A DNA stretch of 64,000 bases. Origin: Pristiophorus japonicus. Its lineage: Eukaryota. A program made the translations under genes and the position numbers. Below, piece after piece: positions 14,069 to 28,505 of the stretch. The stretch is from assembly GCF_044704955.1 (NCBI RefSeq), contig NC_091981.1:5890001-5954000 (forward strand). Reading direction: 5' to 3'. The notes under the pieces are model-generated. The model saw nothing but the letters and a program-made list of their open reading frames with translations, made no database searches and was not told where the DNA came from. Within the stretch, counting starts at the first letter, position 1; every line of letters begins with the position of its first letter.

Positions 14069-14359
14069 GGGGAGTGCTGCGGTTGTGAAAGGCATTATCT
14101 AAATGCAAGTCTTTCTTTAGTTCTTCACCAAGTACAGTTGAAGATGTACAACTATCGTTCCCGGTGAGCTGCGTGGCCGTACGGCGTTTACCGGTCCCTT
14201 GTAGCCTGGCTCCGGCTTTTTCAATGTTATGGTTCACGATGCGTGAAAGATTGAAGAGACCGTGCAGTCCCTTAAAGGGGCATGCACCCATAATAAAATG
14301 AGGCGGGACATTGCTCACAAACCATGGTGCATCATTGATGCAGCCAGTGACACCTCGCA

Positions 14360-15922
14360 GATCCCTGAAGGTAGCAGGCCAGGTAGATAAGGTGGTTAAG
14401 AAGGCATACGGAATGCTTGCCTTTTATTGGCATAGAATATAAGAGCAGGGAGGTTATGCTCAAATTGTATAATACTTTGGTTAGGCCACAGCTGGAGTAC
14501 TGCATGCAGTTCTGGTCACCGTATTATAGGAAGGATGTGATTGCACTAGAGAGGGTGCAGAGGAGATTTACTAGGATGCTGCCTGGAATGGAGAATCTTA
14601 GCTATGAGAACAGATTGGATAGGCTGGGTTTGTTCTCATTGGAACAGAGGCGTTTGAGAGGAGACCTCATTGAGGTGTACAAAATATTGAGGGGCCTGGA
14701 CATAGTGGATAGTAAGGGTCTATTTCTCTTGGTGGAGGGGTCAATTACGAGGGGGCATAGTTTTAAGGTGGTTGGTGGAAGGTTTGGGGGGGGAGGTTTG
14801 AGGGGGGGTTTTTTTACGCAGAGGGTTGTGGGGATCTGGAACTCGCTGCCTGGAAGAGTGGTGGATGCAGAAACCCTCACCACTTTTAAGAAATGGTTGG
14901 ATGGGCATTTAAAGTGCCATAACCTGCAGGGTTACAGACCTAGAGCTGGTAATTGGGATTAGACTGGATGACCTTTTGTTGGACGGCGCAGATATAATGG
15001 TAAGTACTGCCAGGGTGATCTCCTGGACTAGTTTCGATCACCTGGATGGGTCGGAAAGGAATTTTTCCAGATTTTTTCTCCCTAAACTGGCCTGGGTTTT
15101 TATCCTGTTTTTTGCCGCTCCGCTTGGGATGGAGTGTAGAATATTTCAGTATAAGGAGTGTTGCAGTTGTGTGAGGCGGACTGGTTGGGCTGGGTGCTCT
15201 TTGCCTTTCCGTTATTGTTCATGGGTTTGTATGTAACCTTTAGGGTTACTGGCCAAGGGCCGTGTGGCTCTTTGTCGGCCGGCGCGGACACGATGGGCCG
15301 GAATGGCCTCCTTCTGTGCTGTAAATGTCTATGTTTCTATTCACCGAGGCACAGAATACAAGAGCAGGGAGGTTATGCTTGAACTGTATAAAACACTGGT
15401 TAGGCCACAGCTGGAGTACTGCGTGCAGTTCTGGTCACCACATTACAGGAAGGACGTGATTGCACTGGAGAGGGTACAGAGGAGATTTACAAAAATATTG
15501 CCGGGACTGGAGAATTTTAGCAATGAGGAAAGATTGGATAGGCTATGGGGAGACCTCATTGAGCTGTATAAAATTATGAGGGGCAAAGATAGAGTGGATA
15601 GGAAGGATAAGAGTGGTTAGCAGAGGGATCAACAATCAGGGGGCATAGGTTTAAAGTAATTGGTCGAAGATTTAGAGGGGATTTGAGGGGAAATTTCCTC
15701 ACCCAGAGGGTGGTAGGGGTCTGGAACTCACGGCCTGAAAGGGTGGTAGAGGCAGAAACCCTCACCCCATTTAAAAAGTACTTGGATGTGCGCTTGAAGT
15801 GCTGTAACCTACAGGGCTACGGACCAAGAGCCAGAAAGTGAGATTAGGCTGGGTAGCTCTTGGTCGGCCGGCACAGACACGATGGGCCGAATGGCCTCCT
15901 TCCGTGCTGTAAATTTCTATGT
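14360..15922 (+). mobile_element. Two tandem 5'-truncated CR1 copies, the first with a long 3' UTR
   Basis: ORFs 14417-14962 and 15264-15620. Confidence 0.9.
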
Positions 15923-16082
15923 AATGGCCGCAGAGCAATTACTCCTTCTGACTTGGGAACGTGACAAAATATCTTCCACTTTTCATTCATACCTTGCCCA
16001 GGAAATACAAATTATGCCAAAAAAACTTTTTGCAATAATACAAAAACTTTTTCAAATGGTTTTTACATCATTTTGCAACTGT

Positions 16083-17405
16083 GGTTTTCTCCAGTTGAAT
16101 ATCGGGAAGACCGAAGCCATTGTTTTCGGTCCCCAGCACAAACTCCGTTCCCTAGCGACTGACTCCCTCCCTCTCCCTACCTCCTGTCCGAGGCTGAACC
16201 AGACTGTTCACAACCTTGGTGTCATATTTAACCCTGAAATGAGCTTTCGATCATGTATCCGCAGCATAACTAATACCATCTATATCCACCTCCGTAACAT
16301 CACCCATCTCCGCCCCTGCCTCAGCTCATCCGCTGCTGAAGCCCTCATCCGTGCCTTTGTTACCTCTCGACTTGACTATTCCAACGCATTCCTGGCCGGC
16401 CTCCCACATTCTACCCTACGTAAACTAGAGGTGATCCAAAACTCGGCTGCCCGTGTCCTAACTCGCACCAAGTCCCGCTCACCCATCACCCCCTGTGCTC
16501 GCTGCCCCGTGTCCTAACTCGCACCAAGTCCCACTCACCCATCACCCCCTGTGCTCGCTGCCCCGTGTCCTAACTCGCACCGAGTCCCGCTCACCCATCA
16601 CCCCCTGTGCTCACTGCCCCGTGTCCTAACTCGCACCGAGTCCCGCTCAGCCATCACCCACTGTGCTCGCTGCCCCGTGTCCTAACTCGCACCGAGTCCC
16701 GCTCACCCATCACCCCCTGTGCTCACTGCCCCGTGTCCTAACTCGCACCGAGTCCTGCTCACCCATCACCCCCTGTGCTCACTGCCCCGTGTCCTAACTC
16801 GCACCGAGTCCTGCTCACCCATCACCCCCTGTGCTCGCTGCCCCGTGTCCTAACTCGCACCAAGTCCCGCTCACCCATCACCCCCTGTGCACGCTGCCCC
16901 GTGTCCTAACTCGCACCGAGTCTCGCTCACCCATCACCCCCTGTGCTCGCTGCCCCGTGTCCTAACTCGCACCGAGTCCCACTCACCCATCACCCCCTGT
17001 GCTCGCTGCCCCGTGTCCTAACTCGCACCAAGTCCCGCTCACCCATCACCCCCTGTGCTCGCTGCCCCGTGTCCTAACTCGCACCAAGTCCCGCTCACCC
17101 ATCACCCCCTGTGCTCGCTGACCTACATTGGCTCCCAGTCAATCAACTCCTCGGTTTCAAAATTCTCATCCTTGTTTACAAATCCCTCTATGGCCCTCGC
17201 CCCTCCCTATCTCTGTAATCTCCTCCAGCCCCACAACCCCCCCGAGATGTCTGCGCTCCTCTAATTCTGCCCTCCTGAGCATCCCTGATTATAATCGCTC
17301 CACCATCGGTGGCTGTGCCTTCAGCTGCCTGGGCCCCAAGCTCTGCAACTCCCTCCCTAAACCTCTCCGCCTCTCTAACTCTCTTTCTTCCTTCAAGACG
17401 CCTTA
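16083..17405 (+). mobile_element. L2-clade LINE with an internal 56-bp tandem array (about 12 units, 16448-17120)
   Basis: ORF 15882-16517 contains FLQLNIGKTE, SRLDYSN and QNSAARVL. Confidence 0.9.
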
Positions 17406-17667
17406 AATCACCTTAAATCTGTGTCCCTTTGGTTACCGACCCTTCTGCCAATGGAAACAGCTTCTCCTTATTAACTGCATCAAACTCTGTCACAGAAACT
17501 TGCAGTACAGGAGGAGGTCATTCGTCCCACCGCATCTGTATAAAGGAAAGTCACTCCATCTTTTCAATGGTATCTTTTAAGCCAAGGGAAACATCTCTGC
17601 CCTTGACTACGCAACAAGGAAAGAGAGAGATTGGATCAGTGCACTGAGCTCAAGTCTCTTTTCCCGT

Positions 17668-19066
17668 AGGTAGTGGGTTCAAGCCCCACCCCAGCGACTC
17701 GAGCACAAAAATCTAGGCTGACACTCCCATTGCAGTGCTGAGGGAGTGCCGCACTGTCGGAGGGGTAGTACTGAGGGAGAGCCGCACTGTCGGAGGGGCA
17801 GTACTGAGGGAGTGCCGCACTGTCGGAGGGGCAGTATTGAGGGAGCGCCGCACTGTCGGAGGGGCAGTACTGAGGGAGAGCCGCACTGTCGGAGGGGCAG
17901 TACTGAGGGAGTGCCGCACTGTCGGAGGGGCAGTATTGAGGGAGCGCCGCACTGTCGGAGGGGCAGTACTGAGGGAGTGTCGCACTGTTGGAGGGGCAGT
18001 ACTGAGGGAGAGCCGCACTGTCGGAGGGGCAGTACTGAGGGAGCGCCATACCGAGGGAGTGCCGCACTGTCGGAGGGGCAGTACTGAGGGAGTGCCGCAC
18101 TGTCGGAGGGGCAGTGCTGAGGGAGCGTCGCACTGTCGGAGGGGCAGTACTGAGGGAGCGCCGCACTGTCGGAGGGGCAGTACTGAGGGAGTGCCGCACT
18201 GTTGGAGGGGCAGTACTGAGGGAGAGCCGCACTGTCGGAGGGGCAGTACTGAGGGAGTGCCGCACTATCGGAGGGGCAGTACTGAGGGAGCGTCGCACTG
18301 TTGGAGGGGCAGTACTGAGGGAGAGCTGCACTGTCAGAGGGGCAGTACTGAGGGAGCGCCATACTGAGGGAGTGCCGCACTGTCGGAGGGGCAGTACTGA
18401 GGGAGTGCCGCACTGTCGGAGGGGCAATGCTGAGGGAGCGTCGCACTGTCGGAGGGGCAGTGCTGAGGGAGCGCTGCATTGTCGGAGGGGCAGTACTGAG
18501 GGAGCGCCATAACTGAGGGAGCGCCATACTGAGGGAGTTCTGCACTGTCGGAGGGACAGTACTGAGGGAGTGCTGCACTGTAGGAGGGGCAGTACTGAGG
18601 GAGCACTGCACTGTCAGAGGGGCCGTGCTGAGGGAGCGCTGCACTGTCGGAGGAGCAGTACCGAAGGAGCACTGCACTGTCAGAGGGGCAGTACCGAGGG
18701 AGCGCTGCACTGTCGGAGATGCTGTTTTTCGGATAAGACGTTAAACCGAGACCCCATCTGCTCTCTCAGGTGGATGTTAAAAGATCCCATGGCACTATTA
18801 CGAAGAAGAGTAGAGAAGTTATCCCCGGTGTTCTGGGGAAAATATATGTCCCTCCCTCAACCAACATCACTAAAACTGATTATCTGGGTCATTATCACAT
18901 TGCTGTGTGTAGGAGCTTGCTGTGCGCAAGTTGGTTGCTGCGTTTCCCACATTACAACAGTGACTACACTCCCCCCCCCCCAAAAAAAGTACTTCATTGG
19001 CCGTAAAGCGCTTTGGGACGTCCAGTGGTCATGAAAGGCGCTATATAAATGCAAGTCTTTCTTTTT
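17668..19066 (+). mobile_element. Deu-type SINE with about thirty 33-bp repeats
   Basis: B box, array 17730-18720, core and tail. Confidence 0.9.
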
Positions 19067-20273
19067 GAATGTACAATCAGTTGATATTGGATAACGAAAG
19101 CCTAACTGTGTTTTTGAAGCAAATTAAACCGAGGCAAGTCTCGGGTCAGCGCACATCATACAGCCATTGTGACACGGAAACCAGAAGAAGTGTATTTAGA
19201 CTTTGCTTTCACCTCACTATCAAAATGTCAAGCTATCGCTATTCAATTCCCCGATGCCATTGAGGAAAGAAAATGATAGAGAAAGAATTTCACTTCCCAA
19301 AGCAGCAGGTTTGCTCTGAGACTGTTTTGGAGCCCGAGATAGCTGACATATTCAAATGATTGGTGAAATAAATGCCAGACCAGAGTTTAATTATAAAAAG
19401 GGATGGAATACCAACCGATGTAGCGGTAATGTTTACAACCCTCCCTCCTTGACTTTCACAACACCGTCGCCCCTCTGACAATCACTCCACTGGCCCGATG
19501 GTAAAAAGTCAACGATAAATAACTTCAAGAACAATGTGGCGTTTGGCAAATGTCACCTACTTCATCAAAACAAAGTTAGATCACAAATGCTTGCGAGGAA
19601 CACGCGACAGCAGTATCAGCACAGGAATTAACACATTTACAACCAAAGAATCAGAAACATCCTACTCAAGTTCAAGTCTTGGAAAACATAGAAACATAGA
19701 AAATAGGTGCAGGAGTAGGCCATTCGGCCCTTCGAGCCTGCACCGCCATTCAATGAGTTCATGGCTGAACATGCAACTTCAGTACCCCATTCCTGCTTTC
19801 TTGCCATAACCCTTGATCCCCCTAGTAGTAAGGACTACATCTAACTCCTTTTTGAATATATTTAGTGAATTGGCCTCAACAACTTTCTGTGGTCGAGAAT
19901 TCCACAGGTTCACCACTCTCTGGGTGAAGAAGTTTCTCCTCATCTCGGTCCTAAATGGCTTACCCCTTATCCTTAGACTGTGACCCCTGGTTCTGGACTT
20001 CCCCAACATTAGTAAGAACATAAAGTTTTTATTAAAAAAAACACGTTACAAATTTAGCAACTTTCTATACGCAGTTTTTTTTTAAAAAAGCAAAAATGTT
20101 TTTCGGCGTTCTTTCTCATAAATTCTTCGACAGCATCTCCCAAACCCACGACCTCTACCGCCTGGAAGGACAAGGGCAGCAGGTGCATGGGAACACCACC
20201 ACCTCCACGTTCCCCTCCAAGTCACACACCATCCTGACTTGGGAATATATCGGCCGTTCCTTCTGTGATATAT

Positions 20274-20928
20274 CATCATCATCATAGGCATCGAGGAAGA
20301 CTTGCTTCCACTCCTGAAGTGAGTTCTCAGGTGACTGAACAGTCCAATACAGGAGCCACAGTCCCTGTCACAGGTGGGACAGACAGTGGTTGAGGGAAAG
20401 GGTGGGTGGGACTGGTTTGCCGCACGCTCTTTCTGCTGCCTGCGCTTGATTTCTGCATGCTCTCGGCGGTGAGACTCGAGGTGCTCAGCGCCCTCCCGGA
20501 TGCACTTCCTCCACTTAGGGCGGTCTTTGGCCAGGGACTCCCAGGTGTCAGTGGGGATGTTGCACTTTATCAGGGAGGCTTTGAGGGTGTCGTTGTAGCG
20601 TTTCCGCTGTCCACCTTTGGCTCGTTTTCCATGAAGGAGCACCGAGTAGAGCACTTGCTTTGGGAGTCTCGTGTCTGGCATGTGGACTATGTGGCCTGCC
20701 CAGCGGAGCTGATCGAGTGTGGTCAGTGCTTCAATGCTGGGGATGTTAGCCTGAATGAGGACGCTAATGTTGGTGTGTCTGTCCTCCCAGGGGATTTGTA
20801 GGATCTTGCGGAGACATCGTTGGTGACATTTCTCCAGCAACTCGGTGTCTACTGTACATGGTCCATGTCTCTGAGCCATACAGGAGGGCGGGTATTACTA
20901 CAGCCTTGTGGGCCATGAGCTTGGTGGT
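20274..20928 (-). mobile_element. RTE (BovB-like) LINE 3' part
   Basis: ORF 20082-20879 contains CLRKILQIPW, QLRWAGHI, RLPKQ, GGQRKRY and a terminal CPTC..H; (GAT)n tail. Confidence 0.92.
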
Positions 20929-21014
20929 AGTGATACATACTTATGACATCACCAGCAAAAACACTCTACAAGACGGCTCTCACACAGAAACTGTCATCAT
21001 GTGACTTTGCCACC

Positions 21015-21433
21015 TCATCATCATCATAGCCTGTCCCTGGAACGAGGATGACTTGCTTCCACATGAGTTCACAGATGTTTCAATGAAGGACCCGATGTTC
21101 CAGTCCTGAACTCCAATCGAAAGGGGTGGAAGATGACTGTGGGTGGATTGTTTTAACGTGGGGTGACCGTTGCACACCAGCCACCACACGGGCTTGACAG
21201 AGCTAGGTCTTGGTCCAGTGGCAAGGGTTAACCAGGACGACTGGAGACCTGCTCTGCTGCACGGACCCAGTGCGCTCACATATCGCAGTGTGGGCTGGGC
21301 CCGTGCTGCCCCTGGGCCCTTGCCGCTTCTGGGCCCCGTACCCTCATTCGCCGCACCTTCACCAGGGCCCGGCACTCCAGCTCTATTTATAGCCCCGACC
21401 TGCGGTGGTGTTCTCACACAGGTCGGGGCGGCC
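21015..21433 (-). mobile_element. Non-autonomous bipartite RTE derivative inserted into a solo LTR
   Basis: Same body and (GAT)n tail. Confidence 0.78.
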
Positions 21434-22277
21434 CACAATGTTACCACTTGACCCTGTGTTGTATTTGCATCAGTAGCTGCATTACCACAGTAGTCCACAG
21501 TAGTCGGTGGAGATCTCTGTCACACCTCCATCATCCCCAGGTCACAATCCTGGAACTCCCTCCCTAACAGCACTGTGGGAGCACCTTCACCACACGGACT
21601 GCAGCAGTTCGAGAAGGCGGCTCACCACCACCTTCTCAAGGGGCAATTAGGGATGGGCAATAAATGCCGGCCTTGCCAGAGACGCCCACATCCCAGGAAC
21701 GAATTAAAATAAGTTTTGCCAGTCCTCCGTTAGGGTTAGGGTCAGCTGATTCCTCTCAGCAGGTGGTCAGCAACAAGGCATGCAAAAACTCCACAATTTT
21801 TTTTGTTCTCATCCAGGACAGGCCATGTGATCTCCTGGGACAGGCAAAAAACCAGGTGATAAAACCCTGGCCAACATGGCGGGAGGGGATAAATCTGGAA
21901 AATCCCTCTCCGACCCATCTAGGCGATGGAAACTAATTCAGGAGATCACTCTGGCCCCGAATTCCCTGCAGTACCTACCTCCTGTGAGAGGAGATCTCCG
22001 CCCCAGCCAGAAACAGGTCCACAGAATCAGAGAAGAGAATCAGAGAAATTTACAGCACAGGAGGAAGACATTCGGCCCATCGTGTCTGCGCCGCCCGACA
22101 AAGAGCTATCCAGCCTATTCACACTTTCCAGCTCTTGGTCCGTAGTCCTGTAGGTTACAGGACTCGAAGTGTATATCCAAGTACTTTTTAAATATGGTGA
22201 GGGTTTCTGCCTCTACCACCCTTTCAGGCAGAGTTCCAGACCCCACCACCCTCCGGGTGAAGAAAGCTCCCCTCAAC

Positions 22278-25200
22278 ACGTGTAGCGAGTTGGTCTTACC
22301 GCAGGTGAAGGGTCCACAGCCAGGTAGGGAATGGAAGACCAGCAGGAAGAGCAGTGCAAGGAAGGTAGTGCAGGGGTCCCCTGCGGTCGTCCCCCTGCAA
22401 AACAGATACACCGTTTTGAGTACTGTTGAGGGGGATGACTCATCAGGGGAGGGCAGCAGCAGCCAAGTTCATGGCACCGTGGCTGGCTCTGCTGCACAGG
22501 AGGGCAGGAAAAAGAGTGGGAGAGCGATAGTGATAGGGGATTCGATTGTAAGGGGAATAGATAGGCGTTTCTGCAGCCGCAACCGAGACTCCAGGATGGT
22601 ATGTTGCCTCCCTGGTGCAAGGGTCAAGGATGTCTCGGAGCGGTTACAGGACATTCTGAAAAGGGAGGGTGAACAGCCAGTTGTCGTGGTGCACATTGGT
22701 ACCAACGATATAGGTAAAAAAAAAGGGATGAGCTCCTACGAGACGAATTTAAGGAGCTAGGAGCTAAATTAAAACGTAGGATCTCAAAAGTAGTAATCTC
22801 AGGATTGCTACCAGTGCCGCGTGCTAGTCAGAGTAGGAATCGCAGGATAGCTCAGATGAATACGTGGCTTGAGCAGTGGTGCAGCAGGGAGGGATTCAAA
22901 TTACTGGGGCATTGGAACCGGTTCTGGGGGAGGTGGGACCAATACAAACCGGACGGTCTGCACCTAGGCAGGACCGGAACCAATGTCCGAGGGGGAGTGT
23001 TTGCTAGTGCTGTTGGGAAGGAGTTAAACTAATATGGCAGGGGGATGAGAACCAATGCAGGGAGACAGAGGGAAACAAAAAGGAGACAAAAGCAAAAGAC
23101 AGAAAGGAGATGAGTAAAAGTGGAGGGCAGAGAAACCCAAGGCAAAAAACAAAAAGGGCCACTGAATATAAAGGGGCTGCAGGAGGGGTCAAAACTAAAA
23201 ATCATGATTTAATAACTAATATGAAAACACTCTCCCTAAACGCACGCAGCATTCGAAATAAAGTAAATGAGTTGACGGCACAAATCATTACAAATGGGTA
23301 TGATTTGGTGGCCATTACAGAAACGTGGTTACAGGGTAGCCAAGACTGGGAATTAAACATACAGGGGTATCTGACGATTCGGAAGGATAGACAAGAAGGG
23401 AAAAGAGGTAGGGTAGCTCTGTTAATAAAGGATGATATCAGGGCTGTTGTGAGAGACAATATTGGCTCTAATGAACAAAATGTGGAATCATTGTGGGTGG
23501 AGATTAGAGATAGTAAGGGGAAAAAGTCACTGGTTTATAGGCCCCCATATTAATAACTTCACGATGGGGCGGGCAATAATCAAGGGAATAATGGAGGCAT
23601 GTGAAAAAGGAACGGCAGTAATCATGGGGGATTTTAACTAAATATTGATTGGTCAAATCAAATCGCACGGGGTAGCCTGGAGGAGGAATTCACAGAATGC
23701 ATACGGGATTGTTTCTGAGAACAGTATGTTACAGAACCTACAAGGGAGCAAGCTATCTTAGATCTGGTCCTGTGTAATGAGACAGGAATAATAAACGATC
23801 TCCTAGTAAAAGATCCTCTCGGAATGAGTGATCACAGTATGGTTGAATTTGTAATACAGATTGAGGGTGAGGAAGTAGTGTCTCAAACGAGCGTACTATG
23901 CTTAAACAAAGGGGACTACAGTGGGATGAGGGCAGAGTTGGCTAAAGTAGACTGGAAACACAGACTAAACGGTGGCACAATTGAGGAACAGTGGAGGACT
24001 TTTAAGGAGCTCTTTCATAGTGCTCAACAAAAATATATTCCAGTGAAAAAGAAGGGCAGTAAGAGAAGGGATAACCATCCGTGGATAACCAAGGAAATAA
24101 AGGAGAGTATCAAATTAAAAACCAATGCGTATAAGGTGGCCAAGGTTAGTGGGAAAATAGAAGATTCAGAAAATTTTAAACGACAGCAAAGAATGACTAA
24201 GAAAGCAATAAAGAAAGGAAAGATAGATTATGAAGGTAAACTTGCGCAAAACATAAAAACAGATAGTAAAAGCTTTTACAGATATATAAAACGGAAAAGA
24301 GTGACTAAAGTAAATGTTGGTCCCTTAGAAGATGAGAAGGGGGATTTAATAATGGGAAATGTGGAAATGGCTGAGACCTTAAACAATTATTTTGCTTCGG
24401 TCTTCACAGTGGAAGACACAAAAACCATGCCAAAAATTGCTGGTCACAGGAATGTGGGAAGGGAGGACCTTGAGACAATCACGATCACTAGGGGGGTAGC
24501 GCTGGACAGGCTAATGGGACTCAAGGTAGACAAGTCCCCTGGTCCTGATGAAATGCATCCCAGGGTATTAAAAGAGATGGCGGAAGTTATAGCAGATGCA
24601 TTCGTTATAATCTACCAAAATTCTCTGGACTCTGGGGAGGTACCAGTGGATTGGAAAGCAGCTAATGTAACGTCTCTGTTTAAAAAAGGGGGCAGACAAA
24701 AGGCAGGTAACTATAGGCCGGTTAGTTTAACATCTGTAGTGGGGAAAATGCTTGAAACTATCATTAAGGAAGAAATAGCGGGACATCTAGATAGGAATAG
24801 TGCAATCAAGCAGACGCAGCATGGATTCATGAAAGGGAAATCATGTTTAACTAATTTATTGGAATTCTTTGAGGATATAACGAGCATGGTGGATAGAGGT
24901 GTACCGATGGATGTGGTGTATTTAGATTTCCAAAAGGCATTCGATAAGGTGCCACACAAAAGGTTACTGCAGAAGATAAAGGTACGCGGAGTCAGAGGAA
25001 ATGTATTAGCATGGATAGAGAATTGGCTAGCTAACAGAAAGCAGAGAGTCAGGATAAATGGGTCCTTTTCGGGTTGGAAATCGGTGGTTAGTGGTGTGCC
25101 ACAGGGATCGGTGCTGGGACCACAACTGTTTACAATATACATAGATGACCTGGAAGAGGGGACAGAGTGCAGTGTAACAAAATTTGCAGATGACACAAAG

Positions 25201-26110
25201 ATTAGTGGGAAAGCAGGTTGTGTAGAGGACACAGAGAGGCTGCAAAGAGATTTAGATAGGTTAAGCGAATGGGCTAAGGTTTGGCAGATGGAATACAATG
25301 TCGGAAAGTCATCCACCTTGGGAAAAAAAACAGTAAAAGGGAATATTATTTGAATGGGGAGAAATTACAACATGCTGCAGTGCAGAGGGACCTGGGGGTC
25401 CTTGTGCATGAATCCCAAAAAGTTAGTTTGCAGGTGCAGCAGGTAATCAGGAAGGCGAATGGAATGTTGGCCTTCATTGCGAGAAGGATGGAGTACAAAA
25501 GCAGGGAGGTCCTTCTGCAACTGTATTGGTTATTGGTGAGGCCGCACCTGGAGTACTGCGTGCAGTTTTGGTCACCTTACTTAAGGAAAGATATACTAGC
25601 TTTGGAGGGGGTACAGAGACGATTCACTCGGCTGATTCCGGGGATGAGGGGGTTACCTTATGATGATAGATTGAGTAGACTGGATCTTTACTCGTTGGAG
25701 TTCAGAAGGATGAGGGGGGATCTTATAGAAACATTTAAAATAATGAAAGGGATAGACAAGATAGAGGCAGAGAGGTTGTTTCCACTGGTCAGGGAGACTA
25801 GAACTAGGGGACACAGCCTCAAAATACGGGGGAGCCAATTTAAAACCGAGTTGGGAAGGAATTTCTTCTCCCAGAGGATTGTGAATCTGTGAAATTGTCT
25901 CCCCAAGGAAGCAGTTGAGGCTAGCTCATTGAATGTATTCAAGTCACAGATAGATAGATTTTTAACCAATAAGGGAATTAAGGGTTACGGGGAGTGGGCG
26001 GGTAAGTGGAGCTGAGTCCACGGCCAGATCAGCCATGATCTTGTTGAATGGCGGAGCAGGCTCGAGGGGCTAGATAGCCTACTCCTGTTCCTAATTCTTA
26101 TGTTCTTATG
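22278..26110 (+). mobile_element. Near full-length CR1 LINE (ORF1 SGNH esterase plus ORF2 APE endonuclease/RT), frameshifted
   Basis: ORF1 motifs VIGDS, HIGTND and DGLHL; endonuclease motifs LNARSIRNK, ITETWL and SDH; RT in ORF 23824-25353; (TTCTTATG)n tail. Confidence 0.96.
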
Positions 26111-28505
26111 TTCAAATCCCCTCTAATCCTTCTCCCAATTACTTTAATTCTATGCCCCCTGGTTGCTGACCTCTCTGCTAAGAGAAATAGGTCCTTCCTA
26201 TCCACTCTATCTCAGCCCTTCGTAATGTTATACAACTCAGCAAGATTTCCCCTCAGCCTCCACTGTTCCAAACAAAACAAACCCAGCCTATCCAATTTTT
26301 CCTCATAGCTAAAATTCTCCAGTCCAGGCAACATCTTTGTAAATCTCCTCTGTACCCTTAGTGCAATCATATCTTTGCTGTAATGTGGTGACCAGAACTG
26401 CACGCAGTACTCCAGCTGTGGCCTAACCAGTTCAAGCATAACCTCACTGCTCTTGTATTCTATGCCTCGGCTGATAAAGGCAAGTAGTCTGTATGCCTTC
26501 TTAGCCACCTTATCTGCCTGTCCTGCAATCTTCAGAGATCTGTGGACATGGACTCCAAGGTCCCTCTGATCCTCTACACTTCTCAGTGTCCTACCATTTT
26601 GTCATGTATTTCACACTACTGTACATAATTGTATCTTACCATGCTATACATGACTGTAACCAGAGATGACCTGTAACCACAAGCTTACCTTACCACCAGA
26701 GGTGCACTTGCAGGAGACACTGGATACCTGTCACAGACAGGTATATAAGGACAGGTGTCAGGCAAGTGAGGCATTCGAGAGCTGTGTAATAAAGGTGCAG
26801 GTCCTGATTGACCTTGACTTCAGTATGTGCCTCGTGTGAATCTGTACTATGGGGACAGGACTTTACAGTGGCGACGAGTTACGGGATCACAGAATCCACA
26901 GAATGGCTACCAACGGCTCAGATGAAAAATACAATGCTGGAGATAATTGGGAGGACTTTATAGAAAGGCTCCAGCAAAGCTTTGTAACCAAAGACTGGTC
27001 AGGCGACGATAAGGCAAACAAGAGAAGAGCCCATCTCTTGACCAGCTGTGGCTCGAAAAAATACGCTTTAATGAAGGACCTGCTGGCACCCGAGAAACTA
27101 GCAAGCGAGTCATTTGAAGAGTTGAGCACACTGGTAAGAGACCACCTGAAGCCAGCGAGCAGCCTACACAGGTTCGACAACTACAGACGCTGTGTGGGCC
27201 AGAGCATACCCAACTTCGTGCCGGAACTTCGGTGGTTGGCTAGCTTATGTGAGTTCTCCGATGAACTAAGGAGAGAAGTACTGAGAGACTTTTTTATTGA
27301 AGGAATAGGCCACGCAGGCATATTCTGAAAGCTCATAGAAACCAAGAACTTGACCCTCGAGGCAGCAGCGCTGGTCGCACAGACATTCTTGGCAGAAGAA
27401 GAAGAAACGAGGTTGAGCTACACTGCGGGTACAACAACTAACGAAACATCGGAACAAGGGGTTCACAGCATGAAACAAGCTGCTACCCCCACACAGACAA
27501 AGGTAGGAGAGCAGGCCCTCATCAGCAGGCAGTGGCGCCAGAAGCCATCAAGGGTCACATGAACGGCCGTTCACACCTCATCAACCCACAATGCGAGCAA
27601 TCAACTACAAACTGAGAGAAGCTCAAGAGAGATCAGCCAGACGCAGCTCATTCTTTGGAAAGAATGGAAGCGGTCTGTGCTGGAGATGTGGGGGAAGGCA
27701 CTCATCTAGGGAGTGTCGATTTCAGCATACTGTTTGCAGAAACTACGACAATACAGGGCATCTGGCCCGCAAATGCAGAAAAATGGCAGCTTGGCTGGTA
27801 TACGAATCAGAAGGGTCATAAAGCAGACCAGAAGACGGTGGGGACAGTACCCGGGACACCGATGTACAGCGGGTCAACACGATCAATGGCCACTGCTCTT
27901 ACAACAAGATGCCTCCAATAATGATGAGGGTCCTTCTCAATGGGATACCCGTCAACATGGAGCTGGATACGGGAGCAAGTCAATCTTTCATGAGCGCTCA
28001 ACAATTTGAAAAGCTGTGGTCGCACAAAAGAGACAGACCAAAACTCACAAGGGTCGACACCAATCTAAGGACCTATACCAAAGAAATCGTCCCAGTCCTC
28101 GGCAGCGCCATGCTCTCAGTCACAAACAAAGGGACAGTGAACCGACTTCCCCTGTGGATTGCCCCCGGAGATCTCCCAGCACTGTTGGGGAGAAACTGGC
28201 TGGCAAAACTAAACTGGAAATGGGATGATGTTCACGCCATGTCGTCAGAGGAACGGACCTCCTGCTCAACAGTTCTAAGTCGATTTGAACATCTCTTTCA
28301 GCCAAGTGTGGGCACCTTCAAAGGGGCTAAAGTCAAAATCTACATCACACAGGATGCTAGACCGGTCCATCACAAGGCTAGAGCTGTGCCCTATGTGATG
28401 AGGGAAAAGATTGAACATGAACTGGACAGGCTTCTGCGGGAAGGCATTATCTCAACCGTGGAATTTAGCGACTGGGCAAGTCCCATCGTCCCAGTCATGA
28501 AGCCT

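Larger units (their letters stand above)
20264..21524 (-). mobile_element. Solo LTR interrupted by an RTE and an RTE derivative, itself inside a LINE 3' end (20115-20263 and 21525-21708)
   Basis: TG...CA ends, TSD CCTTC/CCTCC, and similarity to the LTRs at 35885 and 37532. Confidence 0.7.

Noticed and set aside
16448-17120. CRISPR-like regular repeats (33-, 48- and 56-bp arrays)
   Set aside because: No unique spacers or cas genes; these are head-to-tail tandem units embedded in eukaryotic retroposons.
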